Assembly: GCA_009928665.1 (NCBI GenBank)
Contig: SACF01000039.1
Location: forward strand, 1 to 24,000
Reading direction: 5' to 3'
Source of the DNA: Alphaproteobacteria bacterium
GTDB lineage: Bacteria; Bacteroidota; Bacteroidia; Bacteroidales; FEN-979
DNA length: 24,000 nt
Made by a program: the position numbers and the translations under genes. Positions within the stretch are counted from its first letter, which is position 1, and each line of letters begins with the position of its first letter. Of the stretch, positions 8,193-16,596 are shown piece after piece. The notes below the pieces were generated by a model. It did not search any database and was not told the DNA's origin. It saw only the letters and a list, made by a program, of their open reading frames with translations.

Positions 8193-8233
8193 ATGCCCTT
8201 GAAAACCTCCCGATTTCTCCATTCCATCCACTG

Positions 8234-9013
8234 TCAGCCAACATTGTATTTCACCGTGGTAAGTTCGAATTTCCCATAGCAGAACTCCCCTTCCGGCCTA
8301 ATGTAGATCACATCCGCCCGGTAAGGAAGAATCATTTCGCCGGATGCGCGGTACTCAACGACCGGTGTCCGCCAGGGGTGGTTGATATACTTTTTCCCGT
8401 CGGTGGTTTCGAAGCGATCGTGGCTGAGAAAATCGATGAGCCTTCCATCGTCGGCAAAAGTAAGCGTCCCGGTTACCCGGAGGTTACCGTTGGTGAGGGT
8501 CGCTCCTGCCTGTAATGGTCCCTTTTCCTCCCAGTGGATTCTCGGGTCGGTAAGGGTAGCAGGCGCCATAAAACACATATCGTTTAACAGCGTTACAGTC
8601 TCTCCCTGATCCATCTCCGGTCCTTTGGCATCGGCTACCCGGAAGAGGGAAACCAGCCGGATCTGCATCGTGGCTTTGCCCTCCCGATAAACATGTAGCC
8701 CGGCGACCGGTATTCCCGCTTTCATTGCACGGATATAAAAGAACCGACTTAAATCCGGATAAAAGTTATGCTGTTCCGACCTGAACTTCATCCAGCCAGC
8801 GTCGGGAGCAGAACGCATGACGCCCCGGGCAGCGACAAATACGTTCTTCACGCCGGGCTTGCCAAGGCATCCTACGAAACGAAGATACCGCTTCACAACT
8901 TCGGGAAGGTGGTGTTTATCCTCTTCGGTCACCATTTCAGGCTGCCCGGTAGCCTGATGTTCCATTGCCATAGCAATTTCTTTCCTGTATTGAATCTTAA
9001 ATCCCATATTCAA
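8234..9013 (-). CDS. DUF6544-like protein of unknown function
   Basis: 'LPEVVKRYLRFVGCLG...WMKFRSEQHNFY...SRFFYIRAMKAGIPVAGLHVYREGKATMQIRLVSLFRV...'; coding ORF with family resemblance recalled. Confidence 0.6.
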   Translation of the reverse strand: MNMGFKIQYRKEIAMAMEHQATGQPEMVTEEDKHHLPEVVKRYLRFVGCLGKPGVKNVFVAARGVMRSAPDAGWMKFRSEQHNFYPDLSRFFYIRAMKAGIPVAGLHVYREGKATMQIRLVSLFRVADAKGPEMDQGETVTLLNDMCFMAPATLTDPRIHWEEKGPLQAGATLTNGNLRVTGTLTFADDGRLIDFLSHDRFETTDGKKYINHPWRTPVVEYRASGEMILPYRADVIYIRPEGEFCYGKFELTTVKYNVG

Positions 9014-9089
9014 AGCTCCTTTTTTGGATGGATGATGAATTCACATTGAATACCCTTAAAATTACACAAATTATCTTTCAGCATAATAA

Positions 9090-9115
9090 AAAGCCGCCCC
9101 CTGAGAGGACGGCTT
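9090..9115 (-). terminator. Rho-independent terminator downstream of the 9144-9800 gene
   Basis: Minus-strand RNA AAGCCGTCCTCTCAGGGGGCGGCTTTTTAT: stem AAGCCG/CGGCTT with inner pairs, followed by a U-tract. Confidence 0.75.
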
Positions 9116-9143
9116 CATGACCTGAAAAAATTTCTGTCGACAG

Positions 9144-9800
9144 TTAGAATTTCCCGAATTTCAACCCCACGGTGGCCGTGAAATTGTTCATTATGGTGGA
9201 GGAGGTGTTGATCAGATCAAGCCCCGCCACGTACCGGTAACTCACGCCGGCGTTCAGTCGCATGAACTTCAGGATATTGATCTCGGCACGGACCCCGGGC
9301 TCCACAACAAAGTACTGATCTTTGTCGATGGTTCTGCGATGTTCGTCACAGTCATCCTCATCCCATTCCGGGTAATCCGGGTCGGTGATGTAGGAGGCAT
9401 CCCCTCCGCCGATCAGAACCGGGAAGGTAACGTGAACCATCGATTTTGGGAAAAGGGTGTACTCGAGCAGTAGTCCGCCATACCCGCCTTCAAGATATGC
9501 ACCGGTAGTGTCGGTAACATTCGGATAATACATCCCATTACGGTTGCACCAGCCGCGTCCCGTCAAACCGAGGGTGAAATTGTGGTTGATGATCATACCA
9601 ACGCTCAGTCCGGCCATCCAGACATCACGTCCGCTGAATTGTGTGTACCCCGGGTCAATCCCGATAACCCAGCCAATCCTGGTCTTTTTCTCCTTCCCGA
9701 AAATAGTGTTCATCTCATCCGTTGAATTCGGCGTCTCTGTCTGGGCCTTTACCATAACAACCATGAGCAGCAATGCGACCATTAATGATAATTGTTTCAT
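9144..9800 (-). CDS. Outer-membrane beta-barrel protein
   Basis: Signal peptide MKQLSLMVALLLMVVMVKAQ, Gly/aromatic alternating strands, ending ...FTATVGLKFGKF. Confidence 0.8.
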   Translation of the reverse strand: MKQLSLMVALLLMVVMVKAQTETPNSTDEMNTIFGKEKKTRIGWVIGIDPGYTQFSGRDVWMAGLSVGMIINHNFTLGLTGRGWCNRNGMYYPNVTDTTGAYLEGGYGGLLLEYTLFPKSMVHVTFPVLIGGGDASYITDPDYPEWDEDDCDEHRRTIDKDQYFVVEPGVRAEINILKFMRLNAGVSYRYVAGLDLINTSSTIMNNFTATVGLKFGKF

Positions 9801-10101
9801 ACTGAATTGATTTTGTTTAATTTGTGAATTGATTAACAGATCGTGTTTTGAAACATTGGATGCATACTGATTTCATATGTTACAGGGGATGGCCGTAAAA
9901 CAGTTGAATCCGGGTATTCAATCGTTGAATGATACAAAACATCCGATGAACCCAAGAAGGATCCACGTTCGGAAAATAATGGCAGAGATTATGAATGGGG
10001 AAGTTAACCGGATTTCAGGCTTTTTCATATACTGAGCCTTTCAGGTGAGACATTTTGCAAAACTACACTTCCGGTTCAAAGAGTTTTGTATGACGCTATG
10101 T

Positions 10102-10581
10102 TCATTCCGACTTTCGCTTTTTTCGCACTTCGGTCAGCTGGTCTCTTTTTTTTGCGGCAGCTCCGATAATTTGAGATAATTCTGCCGACATCTGCACATA
10201 TTCCTGGTAATCGGAGGGGACTCCGGCTACATTTTGGGGAATATATTGCAGTTCACCGGCCGAAGAGAAGTCATCCTCGGCAATCACCAATCCGAAGTGC
10301 CTGACAATGTTCTCTTCAACAATATTATCGAGCGGACTGCTATTTCTCTCCTTCAGGTCGATATTCAATATAGATTGCATTTTAGATTTCATTTCCCGGA
10401 AGTCGGCGGTATCATTACCACCCACGGCAACGGATATCAGTTCGCGGGGATCGAAAGCATTGACAACCGTGTACATTGTGGTTGGAGCGCCGAATCCCGT
10501 GGCATGAAACCATGCTTTCCTATAATCATCGAAGGTCTTTCCTTCTCTGAGCCTCCGGTGAATGATCGTGATAAATTTCAT
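10102..10581 (-). CDS. Small uncharacterised protein, possible dimeric alpha/beta-barrel (EthD/monooxygenase-like) N-terminus
   Basis: 'MKFITIIHRRLREGKTFDDYRKAWFHATGFGAPTTMYTVVNAFDPRELISVAVG'. Confidence 0.55.
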   Translation of the reverse strand: MKFITIIHRRLREGKTFDDYRKAWFHATGFGAPTTMYTVVNAFDPRELISVAVGGNDTADFREMKSKMQSILNIDLKERNSSPLDNIVEENIVRHFGLVIAEDDFSSAGELQYIPQNVAGVPSDYQEYVQMSAELSQIIGAAAKKRDQLTEVRKKRKSE

Positions 10582-10632
10582 GGATTACCTCCTTTTTTGT
10601 TGGTTCGGATATCAAACTGAATACTATTTTAC

Positions 10633-10728
10633 TCAATGCTGATCGGCTTGTTCGAGCATGATTTGGTAAAATTCATCGGGCATATCGGCCATGGGGACAT
10701 GAGAGGAGGGTAACTCAAGATCACCGGG
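10633..10728 (-). pseudogene. C-terminal remnant of an alpha/beta-hydrolase
   Basis: Minus strand reads (stop)PGDLELPSSHVPMADMPDEFYQIMLEQADQH*, resembling the terminal 'HVPM..PDEFYRIV..F' of alpha/beta-hydrolases; no upstream continuation. Confidence 0.5.
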
Positions 10729-10943
10729 TCATAGCAGCTTTACATTCGTCAACCTGCTATGATTCAGTATTATATGAGGTATAATAACAAATGTACTACA
10801 AATTTCAGCAAAAACAAAGGTGTTCAAAGCTCATCCCGGTGAAACATTTGATGAAAAGCTGAAGAAAGAGGACCTTCCTTGCTGAAGCTGTGACCAATTA
10901 ATGATCAGATGGTTTGAAACCCTGGGGTGAGGTACTTTTCAGT

Positions 10944-11852
10944 TCATGGCCTGACCAGGAGCCGAAGTGTTCCCCAGCAACGTCCTTCCGACCACAGGGT
11001 TGCATAACAGATCTCGCCGGAGAGGCCAAAGTTGTCGACCGGGATGAGATGATCGCCTTCGCTAACCGATCGTTCGATACAGCCGGCTGCATCGCCCCGG
11101 GAAGTAGTGATTTGGATGAGTATTGATCCCGGCCGAAATGCACGCACGAAAAGATAGGTCCTGTCGCGGAAGGGATTAGGAAAATTCTTCTCAAGGATAC
11201 AACCGGACGATGGGGACGGGCCCCGGTCTATGATCCCCACCGGGAATTCAACACCGGTGATCAGTCGGATACGGTTCGCATTGTACTCGGATACAAATAA
11301 ATTACCTTCCGCGGTAAGAGCGATACTGTTGGGACCGTTGAACTGAGCCGAATCAGCAGGGCCGTCTTTCCCCCCGGAGACACCTGTCCCGGCTAATACG
11401 GTAACATTACCCGCGGGCGATATCTTATAGATTTTATGATGACCGTATGCAGGAAGGTACAGATTGCCCGACTGCCCCCGGGCAAGGTACTGGATCCGCG
11501 ATGTGGAGGGATTGGGAACCGTTGCAAATACCGTGACAATCCCGTTTGGGGCGACCTTGTTGACGATACCCGTGTTATAATTTGATACATAAAGGTTCCC
11601 GTCAGGATCGAAAACCAGACCGATTGGCCCGCTGAATCCCGATGCGAAGACCGATTCCGATCCCCCGGGCGTTATTTTGCTTACCGTGCCGCCGCCATAG
11701 TTCGACACATAAAGGTTCCATTCGTTATCGAATGCAAACGCACTGGGATGGTTCAGCCCCGTGGCGAAGTCGGTCTTCACTCCCGCCGGTGAAGTGCGGG
11801 TAATCTTACCGGAATTATAGTCGGATATATAAAGATACCCGGGCCTGGCTTT
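10944..11852 (-). pseudogene. 5'-truncated NHL-repeat protein with T9SS C-terminal sorting domain
   Basis: NHL repeats ('LYVSNYGGGTVSKITPGG...','LYVSNYNTGIVNKVAPNG') continue upstream of the called start as 'KARPGYLYISDYNSGKITRTSPAGV' until a TGA at 11853-11855; C-terminal 'EKNFPNPFRDRTYLFV...'; no signal peptide. Confidence 0.7.
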
Positions 11853-11878
11853 TCAGCAAAAGACAGCCGGCCCTGCCA

Positions 11879-14311
11879 TCAGTCTCTTTCAAAAGCGGCC
11901 TGCGCCTCTTTCACGATATCGAGATACTGGGTTTTGTCGACGGTTACTGCCACGAAAATGATCCTGCCTCCCCTGAATGTTCCGGGAACCTTATACGCAC
12001 GACTTACGGCATCGCCACTGTCCCATCCCACGCAAAGTCCGTCCCCACCAAGGGAGAACTTCCCAGGCTGGGTCTTCATCGGACCTTCGGCAACGACCTT
12101 ATCGTTCACATATAACTTCATCGATCCTATAGATTCGTGGTGGGGGCCAGCCTTTTCGCGTTTGAACTCCATGCCAAAGGTGTATTTCCCGGGTTTAAGT
12201 TCCGGAGATACGAATTCCTGCTCAGGTGCAATCCCAAGAAAATTGTACACATAGTGCAGTTTCCTGTCCTTGATGAACAGAGAGTGTCCGCCGAAACGCG
12301 ATCCATGGGCGAAGATGACGCCTGAACAGTCCTTATCGGTAATTTCAACGTCGGTAACGATCATATACGAACGGCCGACCACATCCACCGCTACTGCCAA
12401 AGGAACAGGCGAATCGCTGGGGAAATAAATGTATTTGTCACGGGGAGGCTGTCCCGTGGGACGATGAGCACCGGCAAATTCCAGAGCATTCCTGTCGTCA
12501 AGCGGAAGCACGAAATTTTTCTCCGCTTCATCAAACCAATCCTTGACCAGTTCCTTGAGTTTTTCAGGATTTTCCTTTGCCAGGTTTTTCGATTCGGCGC
12601 GGTCCACATCCACATGATAAAGTTCCCATTCATCCTTATCAAAATTGCCCGTACTGGTCATGGGGGCATGTACGGAAGAGACCTTCCAACCGTCCTTCCA
12701 GAGTCCGCGTGTCCCCATCATCGCATAGTATTGAATATGTTTCCGGGTAGGATCATCGGGCTTTGCGGTAAACGTATAGGCCATCGAAACACCGGAAAGC
12801 GGATATTGCTTTACCCCGTTATAAACATCCGGCATCTGAAGTTTGCACACTTCAAGGATGGTTGGCACAATATCGACGGAATGGTGGTACTGGTTCCTGA
12901 CTTCCCCACGGGCCTTGATACCCTTCGGCCAGCAGATGACCAGCGGATCACAGGTTCCGCCGGCATATTCCGAATAGCGTTTGAACATCTTGAAGGGAGT
13001 CGAAAAGGCCGCGGCCCATCCGGTTGGTATATGCTCATACGTGTCGGGATTCCCCAGCTCATTGATATATTTGATGTTTTCTTCTATAACGTCGGGATAG
13101 CCGTTGAAGAACTTGTTCTCATTGACCGAACCGTTGGGGGAACCTTCTCCTGAGGCACCGTTGTCGGCTGCATAGATGATGATGGTGTTTTTAAGCTGTC
13201 CCGATTTTCTCAGATATTCGATCAACCTTCCCACCTGGGCATCGGTATATTCCGAAAATCCGGCGTACACTTCGGCCAGTCGTGAAAACAGTTTCTTCTC
13301 CTGAGGGCTCAGACTGTTCCAGGGCCGTACAAAATCAGCTTTATTGGCAATAGATTTTGGCAGGGGATTTAAAGGTGTAAGCTCCGTGCCTTCAGGCAGA
13401 ATTCCTTTGGCAATCATCCTGGGAAGGACCCACTTGCGGTAAGCCTCATAACCATCGTCGAACTTTCCCTTATACTTGTCGATATATTCCTGCGGACATT
13501 GATGGGGGGCGTGATTGGCACCCGGACAGTACCACATATACCAGGGTTTGGTGGGATTGCTTCCATTCTGTTCGCGTATCATGTTGATGGCCTGATCGGC
13601 AAGATCCTTTGAAAGATGATAACCTTCCTCGGGATAATACGGCTGATTGATGAAATGATTATCCGAGACAAGTTCAGGATACCATTGGCTTGATTCTCCA
13701 CCCATGAAACCGTAAAAACGGTCGAATCCCTGTGAAAGAGGCCAGGTTTTCCGATCTCCCGCCATGGAAATATCCTGCGTAGGGACGTTGTGATTCTTGC
13801 CAATCCAGAACGTACCATATCCGTTGTCGCGCAAAACACTTGCAATTGTGGCACATTCATCCGGGATACGCCCGTTGGCACCCGGGAATCCTGAAGCACA
13901 CTCGGCGATCGAAGCATACCCGTTCAGATTATGGTTCCGGCCGGTCAGCAGCGTGGAACGCGTGGGTGAAGAAAGTGCACAGGTATGGAACTGCGAATAG
14001 ATCAGTCCGCTGTCGGCAAGCATCTGCAAAGTAGGCATGTTGGCCCTGCCGCCAAAGGGAGACCAGAAGGCCAGACCCGTGTCATCGTACAGAATAAAAA
14101 GAATGTTGGGTGAGCCTTCGGGCGCTTGTTTGGGAAGGTACGGGATCCAGTCCTCGGTAGATTGACGGATATCCAGCTTCATCTCACCTTTGAATTTTCC
14201 GGTGTCGGTTGCGTGTTGTTTGCAGCCCGTGAGTCCTGCTATGGTCAACGGAATCATGCCTAATGACATAGCCTGAGTGGGGATTCGTCTCATAATGCGC
14301 TGATTTTTCAA
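11879..14311 (-). CDS. Arylsulfatase lipoprotein (Ser-type sulfatase motif)
   Basis: Lipobox LTGC; 'PNILFILYDDTGLAFW', 'CALSSPTRSTLLTGRNHN', 'YAADNGASGEGSPNGSVNENKFFNG', 'HHSVDIVPTILEVC'. Confidence 0.93.
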   Translation of the reverse strand: MKNQRIMRRIPTQAMSLGMIPLTIAGLTGCKQHATDTGKFKGEMKLDIRQSTEDWIPYLPKQAPEGSPNILFILYDDTGLAFWSPFGGRANMPTLQMLADSGLIYSQFHTCALSSPTRSTLLTGRNHNLNGYASIAECASGFPGANGRIPDECATIASVLRDNGYGTFWIGKNHNVPTQDISMAGDRKTWPLSQGFDRFYGFMGGESSQWYPELVSDNHFINQPYYPEEGYHLSKDLADQAINMIREQNGSNPTKPWYMWYCPGANHAPHQCPQEYIDKYKGKFDDGYEAYRKWVLPRMIAKGILPEGTELTPLNPLPKSIANKADFVRPWNSLSPQEKKLFSRLAEVYAGFSEYTDAQVGRLIEYLRKSGQLKNTIIIYAADNGASGEGSPNGSVNENKFFNGYPDVIEENIKYINELGNPDTYEHIPTGWAAAFSTPFKMFKRYSEYAGGTCDPLVICWPKGIKARGEVRNQYHHSVDIVPTILEVCKLQMPDVYNGVKQYPLSGVSMAYTFTAKPDDPTRKHIQYYAMMGTRGLWKDGWKVSSVHAPMTSTGNFDKDEWELYHVDVDRAESKNLAKENPEKLKELVKDWFDEAEKNFVLPLDDRNALEFAGAHRPTGQPPRDKYIYFPSDSPVPLAVAVDVVGRSYMIVTDVEITDKDCSGVIFAHGSRFGGHSLFIKDRKLHYVYNFLGIAPEQEFVSPELKPGKYTFGMEFKREKAGPHHESIGSMKLYVNDKVVAEGPMKTQPGKFSLGGDGLCVGWDSGDAVSRAYKVPGTFRGGRIIFVAVTVDKTQYLDIVKEAQAAFERD

Positions 14312-14368
14312 GGTTTAAGTGCAGTGTTTTTTTTGGCACCACTGTGCCGGGGACAACAAATATAATAA

Positions 14369-14391
14369 ATAAATATTTGTTAAATATTTAT
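14369..14391. repeat. AT-rich inverted repeat ATAAATATTT-GTT-AAATATTTAT
   Basis: Perfect 10-bp arms, 3-nt centre, in the divergent intergenic region 14312-14575. Confidence 0.6.
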
Positions 14392-14575
14392 GCAAAGAAT
14401 ATTTTTGGGAATTTTATTTTAATACATTTGCGGTGTATGCATCAATCATGATTTTTAACGCTGATCACGGAACACCGGGGAGATCGATGCAGTAGGGAAT
14501 TAATCGTAACAGATGACCTCAAGTTAATTAATACCATCATTTTTCCGAAAATTTTAAACTCAGAAAACTCACATC

Positions 14576-15271
14576 ATGAAAAAAAACTATCTGCTTTTAT
14601 GCCTGGCTACCATTGCCTTTCTGGGAAACATCACTGCCCAGCCCGATATGAAGGAGACCATGTCGATCATAAAATCCAGCCTCGTCCAGAGCAAAGTCAA
14701 CATGCGGCAGTATTCCTGGATTGAAACGACCAAAACCTGGATCAAGGGTGAACTGAAATCCACAAAACAAAACCAGTGTTATTACAGCGTGGATGGAAAA
14801 CTGATTAAAGTTGCCACCGGCGGAACCGTTCAACCTGCTCCTTCAGGCGGAATCAAAGGGAAGATCATCGCCAATAAAAAGGAGGATATGCAGGAATATG
14901 TGACCCGGGCCATGAACAAGATCAATGATTACCTTCCTCCCGATGGCGACAAAATCCAGCGAATCTATGAAAGCGGTAAAGTCGCGATCCAGATCCTTGA
15001 ACCCGGGAAGAAATTCAAACTGGACTTTCCCAATTACATGCAGAACGGCGACATGTTATCGATTTCTGTAGATATAGCGGCAAAGAAACTGCTTGCCCTG
15101 TCGGTCGCTACCTGGCTTGATGCACCTTCGGATAAGGTGGGTTTAAATGTTAAATACAATTCCCTCCCCGACGGAACACAATATGAAGCCGGCACTGTGC
15201 TGACAGCCGATGCCAAAAACCTTAAACTCGAAATCGAAGAATCAGGATTCAGAAAAGGGAACGGACAGTAA
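14576..15271 (+). CDS. Secreted hypothetical protein
   Basis: Signal peptide MKKNYLLLCLATIAFLGNITAQ; intact ORF; family not recognised. Confidence 0.7.
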   Translation: MKKNYLLLCLATIAFLGNITAQPDMKETMSIIKSSLVQSKVNMRQYSWIETTKTWIKGELKSTKQNQCYYSVDGKLIKVATGGTVQPAPSGGIKGKIIANKKEDMQEYVTRAMNKINDYLPPDGDKIQRIYESGKVAIQILEPGKKFKLDFPNYMQNGDMLSISVDIAAKKLLALSVATWLDAPSDKVGLNVKYNSLPDGTQYEAGTVLTADAKNLKLEIEESGFRKGNGQ

Positions 15272-15368
15272 TTTTTCAGATGAAGTATCCATAGGAACCA
15301 GGTTCATGCAAACCGTGAATGATCCTGAAGTATTTTCAATGACCCATAAAATATAATAATATTTACAT

Positions 15369-16217
15369 ATGAAAGCAATGATGATCTTGAATAATGGCTG
15401 TGGTGCCGGACAGACCGTAAAAAGCAGGAGTTTATTTAAAAGTCTCATTCCTGCCTTGATTGCCTTTGTACTGACCCTTACCGCAGTCACCCCGGCCCGT
15501 TCACAGGTGGTTATCGCGTTGTTGTTCGGAGACAAGCTGAACACACCCTCGCTAAAATTCGGTCTCGACGGGGGAATCAATCTGGCCACCCTTACCAACA
15601 TCGATAAGTCAAGCTTTACCGCCGGCTTTAACCTTGGATTGTATTTCGACATCCTGCTCAAGCAGAATACAAACTGGTACATCCATACCGGCGTATTGCT
15701 GAAATCTCCGATGGGAGGCGATAAGCTGAGTACTTATTCGTTGGCCGATCCCGCGCTGGATACCATGTTTTTATCAGGTCATGTTCAGCGTCAGCTCCGG
15801 TATATCAATCTTCCCATCCTGATAAGGTACAAGCTGAAATGCCAGTTCTTTATCGAAGCAGGTCCGATGTTCGGGGTGCTGACAAAAGCCACCGACGTGT
15901 TTTATAACACGATATCCGACGAAAATGATGTATCGTACAAGAACAACATTTACAAAAAATGCAACTGGTTTGATGTGGGAGCCATGGGCGGCATCGGTTA
16001 TCATTTTATGAAAGGGACCGGTTTGAATTTGGGAGTCAGGTATTATTACGGATTCACACATGTTCTTGCAAAAGGCGTTCCCGATCCGGGACAGAATAAT
16101 TCCCTGTATGTTTACCTGAGCATTCCGATCGGCGCGGGTGAAAAGTCACAGGCAAAGGCCGCTGAAAAAGCAAAAGAAAAAGCTGCAAAACAGCAGGAAA
16201 AGAATATGAACAAATAA
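15369..16217 (+). CDS. Outer-membrane beta-barrel (PorT-like) protein with charged C-terminal tail
   Basis: 'LKFGLDGGINLATLTN...FTAGFNLGLYFDILLKQNTNWYIHTGVLLKS...YINLPILIRYKLKCQFFIEAGPMFG...' barrel; tail 'KSQAKAAEKAKEKAAKQQEKNMNK'. Confidence 0.8.
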   Translation: MKAMMILNNGCGAGQTVKSRSLFKSLIPALIAFVLTLTAVTPARSQVVIALLFGDKLNTPSLKFGLDGGINLATLTNIDKSSFTAGFNLGLYFDILLKQNTNWYIHTGVLLKSPMGGDKLSTYSLADPALDTMFLSGHVQRQLRYINLPILIRYKLKCQFFIEAGPMFGVLTKATDVFYNTISDENDVSYKNNIYKKCNWFDVGAMGGIGYHFMKGTGLNLGVRYYYGFTHVLAKGVPDPGQNNSLYVYLSIPIGAGEKSQAKAAEKAKEKAAKQQEKNMNK

Positions 16218-16218
16218 G

Positions 16219-16548
16219 GTGAAGGCGATCAGATATTTAGCGGTTGTCCTGTTATTGCTTACGGGTATTGTCCATTTGATTCTGGGATTCATGGCTCCCG
16301 GGCGATCAGAGGCTGTTTTAATGATCCTTTTTGGCGTTGCCTATTTTGTCGCGGGACTGACGCTGCTGCTGAAACCGGCCGCAGGAACAATCATGGGAAT
16401 GATTTTCCCGCTTGCAGGGTTGCTCATCGGGATCTTCAAAATAGGACCAGCCAGTTGGAGCACATTGTTTTGTATCCTCTTTGCCGTTGATGCAATAATT
16501 CTGATCTCCTGTTTCTATATCCGGTTTTTCCAACATAAAGAAACATAA
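16219..16548 (+). CDS. Small four-helix membrane protein, GTG start
   Basis: Hydrophobic ORF tightly linked to the preceding gene (stop at 16217). Confidence 0.6.
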   Translation: MKAIRYLAVVLLLLTGIVHLILGFMAPGRSEAVLMILFGVAYFVAGLTLLLKPAAGTIMGMIFPLAGLLIGIFKIGPASWSTLFCILFAVDAIILISCFYIRFFQHKET

Positions 16549-16596
16549 TTCCTGCAGTAAACCTGCACATGATCACTGCGCCCTCCCCATTGCTTT

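Noticed and set aside
11853-11879. UGA recoding (selenocysteine or readthrough) joining ATG 11879 to the NHL ORF (MAGPAVFC-UGA-KARPGYLYISDYN)
   Set aside because: Only 7 arbitrary codons follow the ATG, there is no signal peptide or selenoprotein-family context, and it overlaps the sulfatase stop; truncation is simpler.
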